NCBI GenBank assembly: GCA_977017575.1
Contig: CDRNVI010000008.1
Coordinates: forward strand, 186,001-250,000
Direction of reading: 5' to 3'
From: Paramoeba atlantica
Lineage: Eukaryota > Protista > Discosea
Length of the DNA stretch: 64,000 bases
A program made the translations under genes and the position numbers. The notes below the pieces were generated by a model. The model was not told the DNA's origin. It was given only the letters and a program-made list of their open reading frames with translations, and did no database searches. Position 1 is the first letter of the stretch. Each line of letters opens with the position of its first letter. Below are positions 1 to 10,488 of the stretch, one piece after another.

Positions 1-1
1 C

Positions 2-280
2 GCGGATTCTCTGCAAGAGTGTTCTGGAATTGATGGATTGGATCTCATGGCCAGTGGTGGCATACGCAATGGAATGCACATGGCGAAGAGTCTAGCACTC
101 GGCGCGAAGTGCTGTGGTGCCGCACTTCCGTTTCTGAAACCAGCAATGGAGTCTTCCGAAGCAGTGTGTGAATTGGTCAGGGAGTGGAAGAGACAACTTC
201 GCGTGGTGATGATGAGCTGTGGGGTCGCAACTGTACAGGAGATGCGACATGTTCAAGCTAAGCGTCGAGCGCCGTTGTGA
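2..280 (+). CDS. fni: Type-2 (FMN-dependent) isopentenyl-diphosphate isomerase, C-terminal part; 5' end lies outside the window
   Basis: The frame is open from base 2. [10 protein letters not shown][12 protein letters not shown]3[10 protein letters not shown]...W-x2-QLRVVM matches the IDI-2 C-terminus. Confidence 0.85.
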   Translation, partial: ADSLQECSGIDGLDLMASGGIRNGMHMAKSLALGAKCCGAALPFLKPAMESSEAVCELVREWKRQLRVVMMSCGVATVQEMRHVQAKRRAPL

Positions 281-440
281 AGAGTTACTGCGGTACGATG
301 TGCTGCAGTAAGGTTGGTATTTCCATGTGTTTCATCATACTCACCATTGTTTCTTTTCTTTCCTGTATTTTATTCAATGCATTCAAACCGTGATTCGAAA
401 TTATTTAGATCTCAAAAAAAAAACATTAGAAAGCCTAATT

Positions 441-1754
441 ATGTCACCGGGCAAGAAGGCATCACCAACCTCGATATTATCTCCTCCACTTTCCCTGAAT
501 CCTTCCTTGGATGGAAGGCCACGTGTTCCTCTCTTTATGGTCTCAAAAGGATTTTATGATTCATCTTCATCAACAAAAAATCAGCACGCTGAAGTAAATA
601 TTGCGTCCCATCCAACCGTGCCAATCACCCATATTGATGTGTTTGATTTTGATGGCACCCTTTTTCGTTCTCCCATGCCCACCCGCGAGTTTTGGTCTTC
701 GTTACTTGCCTCAGAACATATACAGGTCGCGTCCAATCAACGACAAATATTTTCCTACCAGTCCTCATGTAGGAAACGGGCCGCCAGTCTTTGTGGTCGT
801 TTCATGGATACGGTCTCCAACGGTGGGCTAGGTTGGTTTCAAAGCGTCGAAACATTACTGTCTCCGGCCACTCCTCTTGGTGCGGAACACCTTGATGATA
901 CCTTTTTACCTGATAATTCTGCCACACACCATGTCTTGTCCTCTTCTGAGGGCAGGTTAGAACCCCACTTTAGTCTTGGAGAGAGGAGCGCTACTCTCTC
1001 AGAGCACTGGTTCTCGCCTACTGTACTTCCCGCCCTACAGGCCTCCGCGTGTGATCCCGCCCACTTAACTATTGTTCTCACGGGACGCGCAGAGACCTTC
1101 CGCCCGCTTGTGGAGGAAGTGATTCGCTCCATTGGGGTTTCGCCCGACGATGTTCATTTAAAGCCCTTCCCGAGGCAAGGAAGTCCTCAAGCCTCGTCTC
1201 GGAGGAAGGGCAACGAACCTGCAGTCCGTACAACGCTGGACATGAAGTTTGAATATTTGCTGCCGATTGTACAGTATTTTTGTTTTGATTCTTCGTCAGC
1301 TATAGAGGACGAAGACTCAGATACGCCGAAGTCAAATTCTGTCAATGCAAAGAGTCCAGGAAGTCCAGTTTTTATCACCATTTACGAGGACAGAGTGCGA
1401 CATGTTCAGCGTTTCCATGAGTTTCTTTCCAGTCTGGACGGTTCCTCTTGCTCTATTGATGTCAGTTCTTACCTCAAATCTCACACTAAAAAGAATTTAA
1501 ATGTTTATTCTGGGAAAGCCCGTTTCAACTTTTCGGTTCAGCACGTGACGGATGGTATATCTGTGCCTCTTAAATCTGAATTGGAGCTTGCCATGGTGTC
1601 GCATTTACAGCACCTAAATCAGGTTCGTTTTATAGATCTTTGTCATAAATGTTGTTTTCCTGGACATCGAGAGCACGAATGTCAGTCAGAGCCTAATCGA
1701 TATTTGCAACTTATCAGGGACAGTAAACTACATTTCAGTTATAGAAATACTTAA
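441..1754 (+). CDS. HAD-superfamily protein, Swiss-Army-Knife RNA-repair-like HAD type
   Basis: Motifs HIDVFDFDGTLFRSP, LTIVLTGR, TTLDMKFEYL and ITIYEDRVRHV. First in-frame ATG at 441; the ORF track starts at GTG 327. Confidence 0.75.
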   Translation: MSPGKKASPTSILSPPLSLNPSLDGRPRVPLFMVSKGFYDSSSSTKNQHAEVNIASHPTVPITHIDVFDFDGTLFRSPMPTREFWSSLLASEHIQVASNQRQIFSYQSSCRKRAASLCGRFMDTVSNGGLGWFQSVETLLSPATPLGAEHLDDTFLPDNSATHHVLSSSEGRLEPHFSLGERSATLSEHWFSPTVLPALQASACDPAHLTIVLTGRAETFRPLVEEVIRSIGVSPDDVHLKPFPRQGSPQASSRRKGNEPAVRTTLDMKFEYLLPIVQYFCFDSSSAIEDEDSDTPKSNSVNAKSPGSPVFITIYEDRVRHVQRFHEFLSSLDGSSCSIDVSSYLKSHTKKNLNVYSGKARFNFSVQHVTDGISVPLKSELELAMVSHLQHLNQVRFIDLCHKCCFPGHREHECQSEPNRYLQLIRDSKLHFSYRNT

Positions 1755-2300
1755 AATGACAAGGCTTTGGCATATGATGCTTTCTATTTTACTGGTGACG
1801 TTAGGTAAACAAAGTGCTGAATTTCCACGGTTACGCTGTAAAGTTTTCAAGCCGTTTTATATGGAATGCCCTCCGAGTTCCTTCTCACGTTCTTCGCTTG
1901 TTTTTACTTTCTTGTATTTTCCTCGAAAATGCTTGTAAACGCTTTTTGTGCTAGCGTCTAGAACTTTGATAGCAACTCCCGACAGTCGGCTTCCTACCCA
2001 ACACGGCCTTTGAGACAGTCTGGGAGAAAATTTAGAACTTACTCTGTGAAAGTGTCATTGTAAGTTGAATATGATTAACCTGATCAAGGGCGTGGCAGAA
2101 GCATTATACAGTGCTTCAATGTGTATAAAGTTCCAAAGAGTATTTTCTTAAATAATGAATCCTTTTTGTGGGCTTTTTTCACGTTTTTGGGAGTCTATTA
2201 TGCTAATCCGCTTTCTATTTTCAGCACTTAACTGAACTTATGAATCGAATTTAGTGTAGTGGATTGTCACGATTCGGAACACATCAAGAAAAGTCGATCC

Positions 2301-3290
2301 ATGGCGAGTAGCCATGCGAGTACTGAGTACTTGCTGGAGTCAAGAAAATCATACGTATTTCTAAATCGCATCCGACGCGACCTACACCTATCACAAATCT
2401 GTGCGGCCACAGCTATGGTATACTACCACAGTTTTTATCGCGCACAAACAACATTTTCCCGTCAACTTAACTCACATCTTGTTGCGCTGGCATCTTTACT
2501 TCTGGCTAGTAAAGTGGAGAACACACCTTGCACTCTCAGCTCTCTGGTGCATACCGCTTTTTCCTCGGATAACGACAGCGAACGGTACGCCCGAGAGCAG
2601 CAGCTGTTGCGCGTGGAACGGGTCTTAATTATGGCCTCACATTTCACATTCACGATTATTCATCCCTATGCTGCTCTGGGAAATTTTTTGACTACATTTC
2701 TTTCCGCCGCGCTTGAGTACAGATCAGAATCAGTAACTATGGAAACTCAAAAGGGTACCAATGAGAATAGGTCCAATGGAATAGATTGTCTTCATTTAAA
2801 ATCGCTTTGTGGCAGTCTTTTGAATGAAAGTTACGGCACCCCACTGTGTATAATGTTGACTTCAATGCCATCGAACAATACTACCACACTCATGCATGGT
2901 AATCCCGATAATGATCCAGCTCTTTGCAGTAGATTTTATCGAGAAGCACTTACTACAGCTATTCTGCGTGTCGCAACTCGATGCCTGCAGCGAATGCCTC
3001 AATGTTCCCAATGCAAGTATTTTGTTGAGAAAGACGTAATCACTCTTTGGAAGGACTACGAAACAAATGAAGGCATGGATGATAAAAATAATCTATCATC
3101 AGAATTTATGGTGGCTTCCGATGGAAGTGACTCGAAAAGAAAATCACTTGATTTGGATAGCAAAATATCTTACGAGATCCGTTCCATTTATGACACATTG
3201 TTGAGGTATTACGAGATCTTTGATCCTACTTCGAACGTGTGCATCGTACTTCGCGACTTGGTGGGTGTCGATCCTACTTTACATGCATAG
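2301..3290 (+). CDS. Transcription-type cyclin (cyclin T/K/L/H-like)
   Basis: Cyclin box: LHLSQICAATAMVYYHSFY...LVALASLLLASKVEN...ERVLIMASHFTFTIIHPY. A T-rich tract and AG lie upstream at ~2215-2223. Confidence 0.75.
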   Translation: MASSHASTEYLLESRKSYVFLNRIRRDLHLSQICAATAMVYYHSFYRAQTTFSRQLNSHLVALASLLLASKVENTPCTLSSLVHTAFSSDNDSERYAREQQLLRVERVLIMASHFTFTIIHPYAALGNFLTTFLSAALEYRSESVTMETQKGTNENRSNGIDCLHLKSLCGSLLNESYGTPLCIMLTSMPSNNTTTLMHGNPDNDPALCSRFYREALTTAILRVATRCLQRMPQCSQCKYFVEKDVITLWKDYETNEGMDDKNNLSSEFMVASDGSDSKRKSLDLDSKISYEIRSIYDTLLRYYEIFDPTSNVCIVLRDLVGVDPTLHA

Positions 3291-3720
3291 TTTTGCCCGT
3301 TACAGTGCATTCATGAGCGTTCTCTGAACGGAAAAGTGGTGCTGCAACCCCCACGGTTCCCCGAAAAACAACGGGGGTCTTATTCTTGTTGAGGGGTTTG
3401 AAGTACATGCCGTAGACCCTCCCCCAGCAAGAGAATGGGTTTTGGGTCAAAATGCCAAATCTCTCTTACTGGGGGGTATGCTTTTTTGGCCAGTTTTCTC
3501 CTTTTTCCCAACTTTTTCGAATTTTTTTTTGAGTATAATTTTATAATTGATTTTCCTTTCACCCATCAAACTGCGCTAATTTTCAAAATGCGTTAACATC
3601 ATAGCAATGTCGCAATCTTTGATTATTTTTAAATCCGGGAATTGCTTACGTAGCATAGCGAAGTGTTTTTAATGCGAAACGAATAAACTGATAACCGCTG
3701 GACTCTCCTTTATTTTAATC

Positions 3721-5076
3721 ATGCTTCCCTTATCAAATGAAGACTCTGTATCAGTGGAATCCGCAACTTCTCCGAGAGAATGTGCGGTACGCGATCAGAG
3801 CGTTTCTGTGGAGCGATCGATCTCTGGTGTTGTTCCTGTTTCAAAAACATTTTCTCGGACCTCCAATCGAGGAAAAACATCTTTGTTACACAGGGATACA
3901 TCTGTGAAGTTACTGGACGCAGTGTCTTCTTTGCGTGTAAGACTTCGCTACGGTCTTCATCGTCGCAGAGAGCTGGAAGAAGCTCTATCAAAGACTTTCG
4001 AAGACGTAACTCTGCCCACTCCAGACAATACTTCATCGTGTGTCGGTGCTTCAGCTTTATCCTCATGTACGGATAGTTCTGAAAGCACATCAAAATTTAA
4101 TCTTGTGGATAACAAAGGCATGCAAGAGAAAGACGAAACTTCTAATAAGATTCAAAAAATGTCAGAATCAGAACATGTTCCGGTATCCGGCATTGTGGAT
4201 GAATCTTCTTTGACTTTAGAACATGAAAGTGGCCCAAAAGATCCATCTTCAAATACTTTGAATAAACATTGTTCTGATCAAGAAACAGATGCTCCTCTGT
4301 CGTCTGAAAATATGAATTCAAACAGTCAGACTGTATCTTCATCAACGATTGTTGATGCCGCAGTCTGTATGGGAGCTAGCACAAACTCCTTTAACCATGA
4401 CGACGAAACCACACACAAAAATGAAAAAGACGATCTTTTGAAAGCTGAAGATAAGCAAACAACGAACTTCGTCGGTAAATCAGATTCAACAGAGATCGTA
4501 CGTGACAGTATTGATACTCAGAAAATGAATTACGATAAGCCTGCGCCACCCAGCAAGGGTTCCACTTTGAAGAGAAAGCGTATCACGCTAAACACAAAGA
4601 CAATTTCTATTGTATTTTCACATGCACGAAAGAGTCTGAATGAAGCTGAAAAAGAGCGACACACTGGTGAAGCGCTTCTTGCAAAGCAGAGGCATGTGCA
4701 AAATAGTGCTGAGAAGCGGAACGAAGAAACGCTTCTTCCCACGAAGGTCTTGGATTATCAAGACCCAAAAGCGCTTCAACAGTGTGTCGCCGATTTATCA
4801 GATAAGTGCAGTAAACTATCAGAAGTGTATGAGAAAGCATACTTGGCTCGAGTACAACTTCTAAACTTGGCGAAAAGGTATGGGGACTCAAAAACAAATC
4901 TAGAATTAGTTCACGAAGGCGTTACAATATACTTTCGTCCTTCAAAAATGAGCGATGCAATTTATGATGCGTTTGCAGCTCAAGCCAGTGTAATTGAAAA
5001 TGAATACGATGCTTTTTGTGTGACAGTTGATTCTATGAAACCTGATATTAATACCTCCTTGGGATTTAGCTTGTAA
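3721..5076 (+). CDS. Hypothetical protein, Ser-rich with probable coiled coils
   Basis: 451-aa ATG ORF co-oriented with the cluster; no recognisable motif. Confidence 0.6.
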   Translation: MLPLSNEDSVSVESATSPRECAVRDQSVSVERSISGVVPVSKTFSRTSNRGKTSLLHRDTSVKLLDAVSSLRVRLRYGLHRRRELEEALSKTFEDVTLPTPDNTSSCVGASALSSCTDSSESTSKFNLVDNKGMQEKDETSNKIQKMSESEHVPVSGIVDESSLTLEHESGPKDPSSNTLNKHCSDQETDAPLSSENMNSNSQTVSSSTIVDAAVCMGASTNSFNHDDETTHKNEKDDLLKAEDKQTTNFVGKSDSTEIVRDSIDTQKMNYDKPAPPSKGSTLKRKRITLNTKTISIVFSHARKSLNEAEKERHTGEALLAKQRHVQNSAEKRNEETLLPTKVLDYQDPKALQQCVADLSDKCSKLSEVYEKAYLARVQLLNLAKRYGDSKTNLELVHEGVTIYFRPSKMSDAIYDAFAAQASVIENEYDAFCVTVDSMKPDINTSLGFSL

Positions 5077-5886
5077 TTGAAATATTTTGAAGAATACGTC
5101 AAAAAGCTGCAATGGCATTTTAGCTCTATTCGCTTGCGGACACATGTTTAAAAATACATTCTTCGTCATATGAAATTTCATGTATCTATTGTTATCGACT
5201 GAAAGCATCTGTTTTTGCGTACACCTGTAAAAATCTATTCTTAACGATGTTTTCATGACATTCATAGCGTCGTTTGTGAAAAACTAAATAGATAACATGG
5301 GTGTTTTCTATACAAATACATGTGATACATGCATAAAATATATGCATATAAATACCTGTGATACATGTATAACAGTACTGTTTCTACCATTTACTGTAAG
5401 TAACTTACGTATGCATCCATAAATTTATTTTAGTATCTTTCTTACTTCTGGATAGCTGAACTACCTATTCCGACGAACATAAAGTTTGTTTATCATCTTA
5501 GTTTTTCTGCTGCACTCGGTGTTTTTGACTATCGCTATTATTGAAACAAAAGTCTTTTTTTTAAAAAATCGGTTTCTGTTAAAACATAGGTGGCACTTTT
5601 CAACGTGAAATCTCGTAGAGGACTAAGAGAAACCGCTATCCTGAACCACAGTAATAATCTTGAAGACTTTTCCCGGAACAAACCCGAGTTTTTTATTGCA
5701 TCAAAACAAGATGTTCGTGAGAACTTCAATTTCCAACTTTTATTCGCTTAAAGCATAAAATTTCCTATTTCATAGTATAAATTTTACTTTTTATTTGACC
5801 AAACTTCACATAATAGGATAAAAAGGATCTTGTCTTGGTTAACTTGATGGATAGCTTCTAAATCAGATTGATTTATTTTATTAAGC

Positions 5887-6816
5887 ATGATTCTTCGACC
5901 TCTTACAAAAGCCCGAAGAATATCTCAAGTATTACGAGCACGTCTTATAGAACCGGATGAAATAAAAATCAAGCCTAACCAGAGTATTACCGGTTCTGAT
6001 AGTTCTAGTAGTCCTAAACACTCTTCAACTAATGCTAGAGGTATAAATAAAATTCGTTCTGACACCTATAACTACACAAAGTTAAGAGACTTATTTACTG
6101 ACCCATACTGGAAAAGCAGCTTGCAAGCAGAATTTGAGAAAACGTACTTTTTAAAACTAGAAAGACAACTAAATTTTCTCTGGAATCGCGGCATCACGAT
6201 ATATCCCCCAAGGTCTCAAATCTTTGCCGCTTTTAATGCCACCCCATTGAACCACGTGCGTGTCGTGCTCATTGGGCAAGACCCCTACCACGGTCCGAAT
6301 CAAGCCCATGGACTTTGCTTCTCCGTTAGTCCCGGCGTCCCTCCTCCCCCCTCACTGCTTAATATGTACAAAGAGTTGGAGAGAGATATTCCTGGTTTCG
6401 TGACCCCTTCTCATGGCACGCTGCTGTCCTGGGCTCACCAGGGGGTACTGATGCTAAACGCCACGCTCACGGTAGAAGCCCATAAGGCGAACTCTCACTC
6501 TAGTATAGGGTGGCAAACCTTTACCGATGCGGTGATCGATTACGTCAATCGAAAGAAGAAAGGTGTGGTGTTTCTGCTTTGGGGAAAGTTTGCGCAACAT
6601 AAGTCGACAGCAATTGACAAGAGTAAGCATTATACGATTGAATGTGCTCATCCGTCGCCGCTTTCGAAGAAGGGGTGGTATGGCTGCCGTACATTCTCGC
6701 GCTGTAACACCGCTCTTCGTGATTTGGAACTTCCGGAAATTGATTGGAAACTTCCCTATAAAATTGAAAATGTGGCAAGATCACAGCATAGTCCACATAA
6801 GAGCATATACACATAA
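5887..6816 (+). CDS. UNG: Uracil-DNA glycosylase, family 1
   Basis: VVLIGQDPYHG, HGLCFSV, QGVLMLNATLTV, VFLLWG and HPSPLS motifs. Confidence 0.97.
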   Translation: MILRPLTKARRISQVLRARLIEPDEIKIKPNQSITGSDSSSSPKHSSTNARGINKIRSDTYNYTKLRDLFTDPYWKSSLQAEFEKTYFLKLERQLNFLWNRGITIYPPRSQIFAAFNATPLNHVRVVLIGQDPYHGPNQAHGLCFSVSPGVPPPPSLLNMYKELERDIPGFVTPSHGTLLSWAHQGVLMLNATLTVEAHKANSHSSIGWQTFTDAVIDYVNRKKKGVVFLLWGKFAQHKSTAIDKSKHYTIECAHPSPLSKKGWYGCRTFSRCNTALRDLELPEIDWKLPYKIENVARSQHSPHKSIYT

Positions 6817-6889
6817 TAGCACAGGCCAAATAATTAAATTTCATCTACAACCCCTCATACGTGTACCGTTACCTCCCCCCTTAGATATC

Positions 6890-6956
6890 CTAGTACGCTA
6901 CTTATCCTCTTTTGTGGTGAAACCTCTGGGTCACGAGAGGATAAGTAGCGTACTAG
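6890..6956. repeat. Perfect 21-bp inverted repeat (mini-MITE/hairpin); the same motif recurs in tandem at ~7995-8047
   Basis: ctagtacgctacttatcctct at 6890-6910 and its reverse complement at 6936-6956. Confidence 0.8.
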
Positions 6957-8278
6957 TTTACAGAGAAAATTTTCAGAATTTTTTCATAAAAAAAATCAGT
7001 AGTAATTTTTTTAAGAGTTGTGCACAGTTATATTCAGAATAGAAATATATCGATAGATACATGCGCGTGTACAAAAAAAAATATGTTCACCATATAATAT
7101 ACATAGTATACTATAGTATATGTATAGTATAATATACATAGTATACTATTCTATACTACCATACAATATAGTAATACTAGGAATACTATACTGTATGTTG
7201 TTCCGAGAACTGCTCTTTGTTCTCAGAACACTGAGAACACGATTCTATGATCCCACTTTACATGAAAGGTTCCGATGAGCTTTGAAAAAAAATGAGAATC
7301 ACGATTCGCAGATAGGACCAAACGTTTGTCAGTGAGTATGGCGTTCTTTTTCGACGAAAGATAGCCCATTTCTACCAAGGCGAGATTACTTTTTCAATTG
7401 CGCACTGGATGGTATCGTAATGGAGAGTATGTAGACAGTACCTATAGATCGCTGTAGGTCGCTGGCAGTTTCTGGCGGGAACTGGAGGACTAACAGTTTC
7501 TGGCAGTTTCCGTGGCACAAAAACGGCGAACGTTAAGGCATGTATCAAAGAAAAGGCCATGGTAACATCTTGGTTTTGGGCAATGTCTGTGCTTGCTCCC
7601 GGTGCTTGTTCCTCACCAGAGCAACGTACTTGGTAACATCGTTTGTTTCCACTACATCTGCTGTGGTGCGCTCAGTCTTGTCAAGATCGAGTTTCACGGG
7701 AAACGAAGGCAGGATCAGGCTGGATAACAGGAGATTCCCTTTTTCAATGAATGATAAAGGATTCTTTTTGACACGAGCAAGTATCCACCCGGCAAGACTT
7801 TATTCGTGCTAGACTTGTACGTAAGTCACCCAACCGAGGCAGCCCAATCCCTTTTTCTTGATTTTGATGTCTCACTTGGGCAGCGTGCAACTCCGTCGAA
7901 AAGAACACATTGGCGAATACACATCGGTGAACACATCGGAGCGGTTGTATCATGCTAAAAACACTTTTGGCGCAAAGGTCGCTCGAACTTCTTCTAGTAC
8001 GCTACTTATCCTAGTATGCTACTTATCCTAGTACGTTACTTATCCTCAAACTGTCCATTTCGGAGACGGAATGCGGGATATCTAAGGGGTGGTAACGGTA
8101 TGTTGTTTGGTCTAAAACCTAAATCAGTCGGGGTCGAACGGTGCCATGTGATATCATGCAATATAACACGAGATCATGTTATACCACACCCTCAGGCCCT
8201 CTATCGTAGGAATTCTTTTTGCGTCCAGTACACAAATTCTTAAATTTCTAACATTTTTAGGAGACGCTTTTTCAAGTC

Positions 8279-8900
8279 ATGTTCACTTTATTCACGGAGA
8301 ATTTGGCTTTCGCGCCTGTCAAAACAAGCGACCTGCAAGAGCCTCCAACGAAACGACGACGTCATGGCAGCAAAGTTAGCAGTCTTGTTCTGCCTGAGGA
8401 GGAGATGATGCGTCGCTTTGTTGAACACATCGAGCATCCCCCAGCTCCCTGGAAGCAATTCGCCTCACCATGTAATTGGAAAGGCGTAAAATGTGATGCA
8501 GAAAAAAGAATCACGGCCATTCATTGGAATTATAACAGGATTTCAGGTTCTCTTGCATGGGCTTATCTTCCGCACGATGTACAGACTATGGAAGCACGTT
8601 GTCCAGCGGGTCTGATTACCAAACTTTCTGGTAAGCTGCTCTCCACCGATTTACATAAGCCACTTTCCACTCTGCTCTTGACAGCTCAAAATCATACCGG
8701 GGAATTGGATTTGACACAGCTTCCCGAATCGATGCGTTATTTGGATGTGGGCTTTAATGAGTTGGCAGGGCCATGTGACTTGACGCAACTTCCTCAAATT
8801 CTTGAAAAATTGAACCTCATAACCAATGCGTTTGAAGGTGAAATACGATTGGACATGCCCCCTCCCAATTTACGTGAGTTATTCCTTTCGCGAAATCGTT
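8279..8900 (+). pseudogene. Leucine-rich repeat protein (Perkinsela-type family), 3' end replaced by a repeat insertion
   Basis: WKGVKC-x5-ITAIHW cap followed by LxxLPxxLxxLxLxxN repeats; the frame runs into the 42-nt repeat unit at ~8900. Confidence 0.75.
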
Positions 8901-9447
8901 ATATTTTCAGCCATACGCGACGTCGTTAGTGGGAAGCAATTTGCGAAGCCGAAGGGGTGGTATGGCGAGGGTCCGCGTGAGCGGGCCTGAGCCATACGCG
9001 GCGTCGTTAGTGGGAAGCAATTTGCGAAGCCCCGTTTGACAACAGCCACCGCTTTTTAACGAAGCAGCTAGCACACCGACATTGCGGGGGTTGTTTACAA
9101 CCTCTGTCTCTCCCTTCTTTATTTCGTCTGGGGTAGGATGGATCCAGGAGGGTGAGAAAAGGGGGTCCAGCCCCGCCCCCCTATCCTCGATTTGGGCACT
9201 AGTCACGGTGCTTAAAAACGATAGTCTCGTGACTCAAACCCATACAGTCCAGTTGGGAAGACCTGCCGTTCATAATCTGGTAGTCACAGGTTCGATTCCC
9301 GGCGGCTACATTTTTAGCCGTACGCGACGTCGTTAGTGGGAAGCAATTTGCGAAGCCGAAGGGGGGAGGGTTACGGCGAGGGCCCGTGTGAGTTGGCCTG
9401 AGCCATACGCGGCGTCGTTAGTGGGAAGCAATTTGCGAAGTCCCGTT
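8898..9447 (+). repeat. Two ~135-bp units, each holding two copies of a 42-nt motif (8909-8950, 8990-9031, 9316-9357, 9401-9442); SINE-like body
   Basis: AGCCATACGCG(A/G)CGTCGTTAGTGGGAAGCAATTTGCGAAGCC x4; the sequences between copies 1-2 and 3-4 are homologous. Confidence 0.85.
9236..9315 (+). pseudogene. Degenerate tRNA-like sequence (probable SINE head)
   Basis: A-box-like CAGTCCAGTTGG at 9245, CAT anticodon-like loop, B-box GGTTCGATTCC at 9289-9299, then TTTTT. The stems do not close properly. Confidence 0.55.
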
Positions 9448-9620
9448 TATCAACAACAGTTCCCCTGGCATGTTAAGCTGTACCGCCGTTTAGGTTAGCT
9501 GTTCAGGAAAGAATTGTAATTAAAGCTGTAAGAATAAGAGTTGCAGAACAATATTTACAAAGAAATATAAAATTGTTAAAAATGTGGAAAGGCTAAATTT
9601 GACTGAATTTAGCCGACCAT

Positions 9621-10345
9621 TTTTCTTTTTTAGGCTCTTCGTTAAACGCGGTGGTTGTTTTCAACTTAGAAGTCATTCGTGCTGCGCGCTTTGCGTTGAA
9701 AACTACCTCCGCCTTTAACGAAGAGCCTAAAAAAGAAAAACCACCAAAAGATCATGAATAATCTATTTTTTTGGGTGAAAAAGCAGGATTTTTCGGCAAG
9801 AATTTCGAAATTTCAACCCGAATTTGGGACGTTTTGGATGCCTTACCAGTAGCGTCAGGAGTCGAATCTGTCGACAAAAACGTCGTAGAATGGCAACTGA
9901 TGTGCAAAACTCTTAAAATACGTTTTGGGAGTCAATTTTGGAAAAATAAATTTTTACTTTTTTTTTGTGTCTAAAAAAAACAATTTTGGTCACCCCAAAA
10001 ATTTCGAAAATTTTGACTTTGTCGGACCCCTCCCGCGCGCACCAGGGGGGGTACCCCCAGGTGGGGGTGGAAAGTCATCGACGCGGCCTACTCTACCACT
10101 TCCCTGCGCTCGATTTCGAAAAGCAAAAAATTCGAAAAAAGATTCGCGACGTATGCCCCCCATGGAGCCCCCCCATGGACCCCCCATTTTTTTCAATTTC
10201 TTTTTTCAATTTTGGACCACCGGATCCCCCTTTTATATTTTTTTCTTCTATTATATTACTGTGTTCCCCTTTATATTTTCACTGTTTTTGTTCACTTTTT
10301 TTTCAATAATCGAGGGTAGAGCGGTAGTTATACAACCACCGCAAT
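9621..10345 (+). mobile_element. Non-autonomous element family A/B: ~120-bp terminal foldback, ~600-bp body, short terminal hairpin
   Basis: Arms TTTTCTTTTTTAGGCTCTTCGTTAAACGCGG / AACGAAGAGCCTAAAAAAGAAAA; ends in GCGGTAGTTATACAACCACCGCAAT. A near-identical copy lies at 51077-51836. Confidence 0.85.
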
Positions 10346-10488
10346 CGTTTTTTTAAACGCAATTTAGATTTGGTACTTTGGAGCATAGTTTCTGGCATAT
10401 CTATTTTTGTTTTCAGATTATGTAAGCATACAAGAAGACCAAAAGCCTCTTAGTTTGAATTTTGTTTATCTCTGAAAGAAAACTAAAA

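Noticed and set aside
9236-9315. Functional tRNA-Met
   Set aside because: The acceptor and anticodon stems do not pair canonically; the same applies to 46660-46740.
8909-9442. CRISPR-like array of four 42-nt repeats
   Set aside because: The spacers of the two pairs are homologous, spacing is irregular and there are no cas genes; it is a duplicated dimeric unit.
9771-10356. Short ORFs in family A/B repeats (also 39073-40329, 51206-51850, 58276-59108)
   Set aside because: Non-coding repeat sequence rich in homopolymer runs; frames are not conserved between copies.
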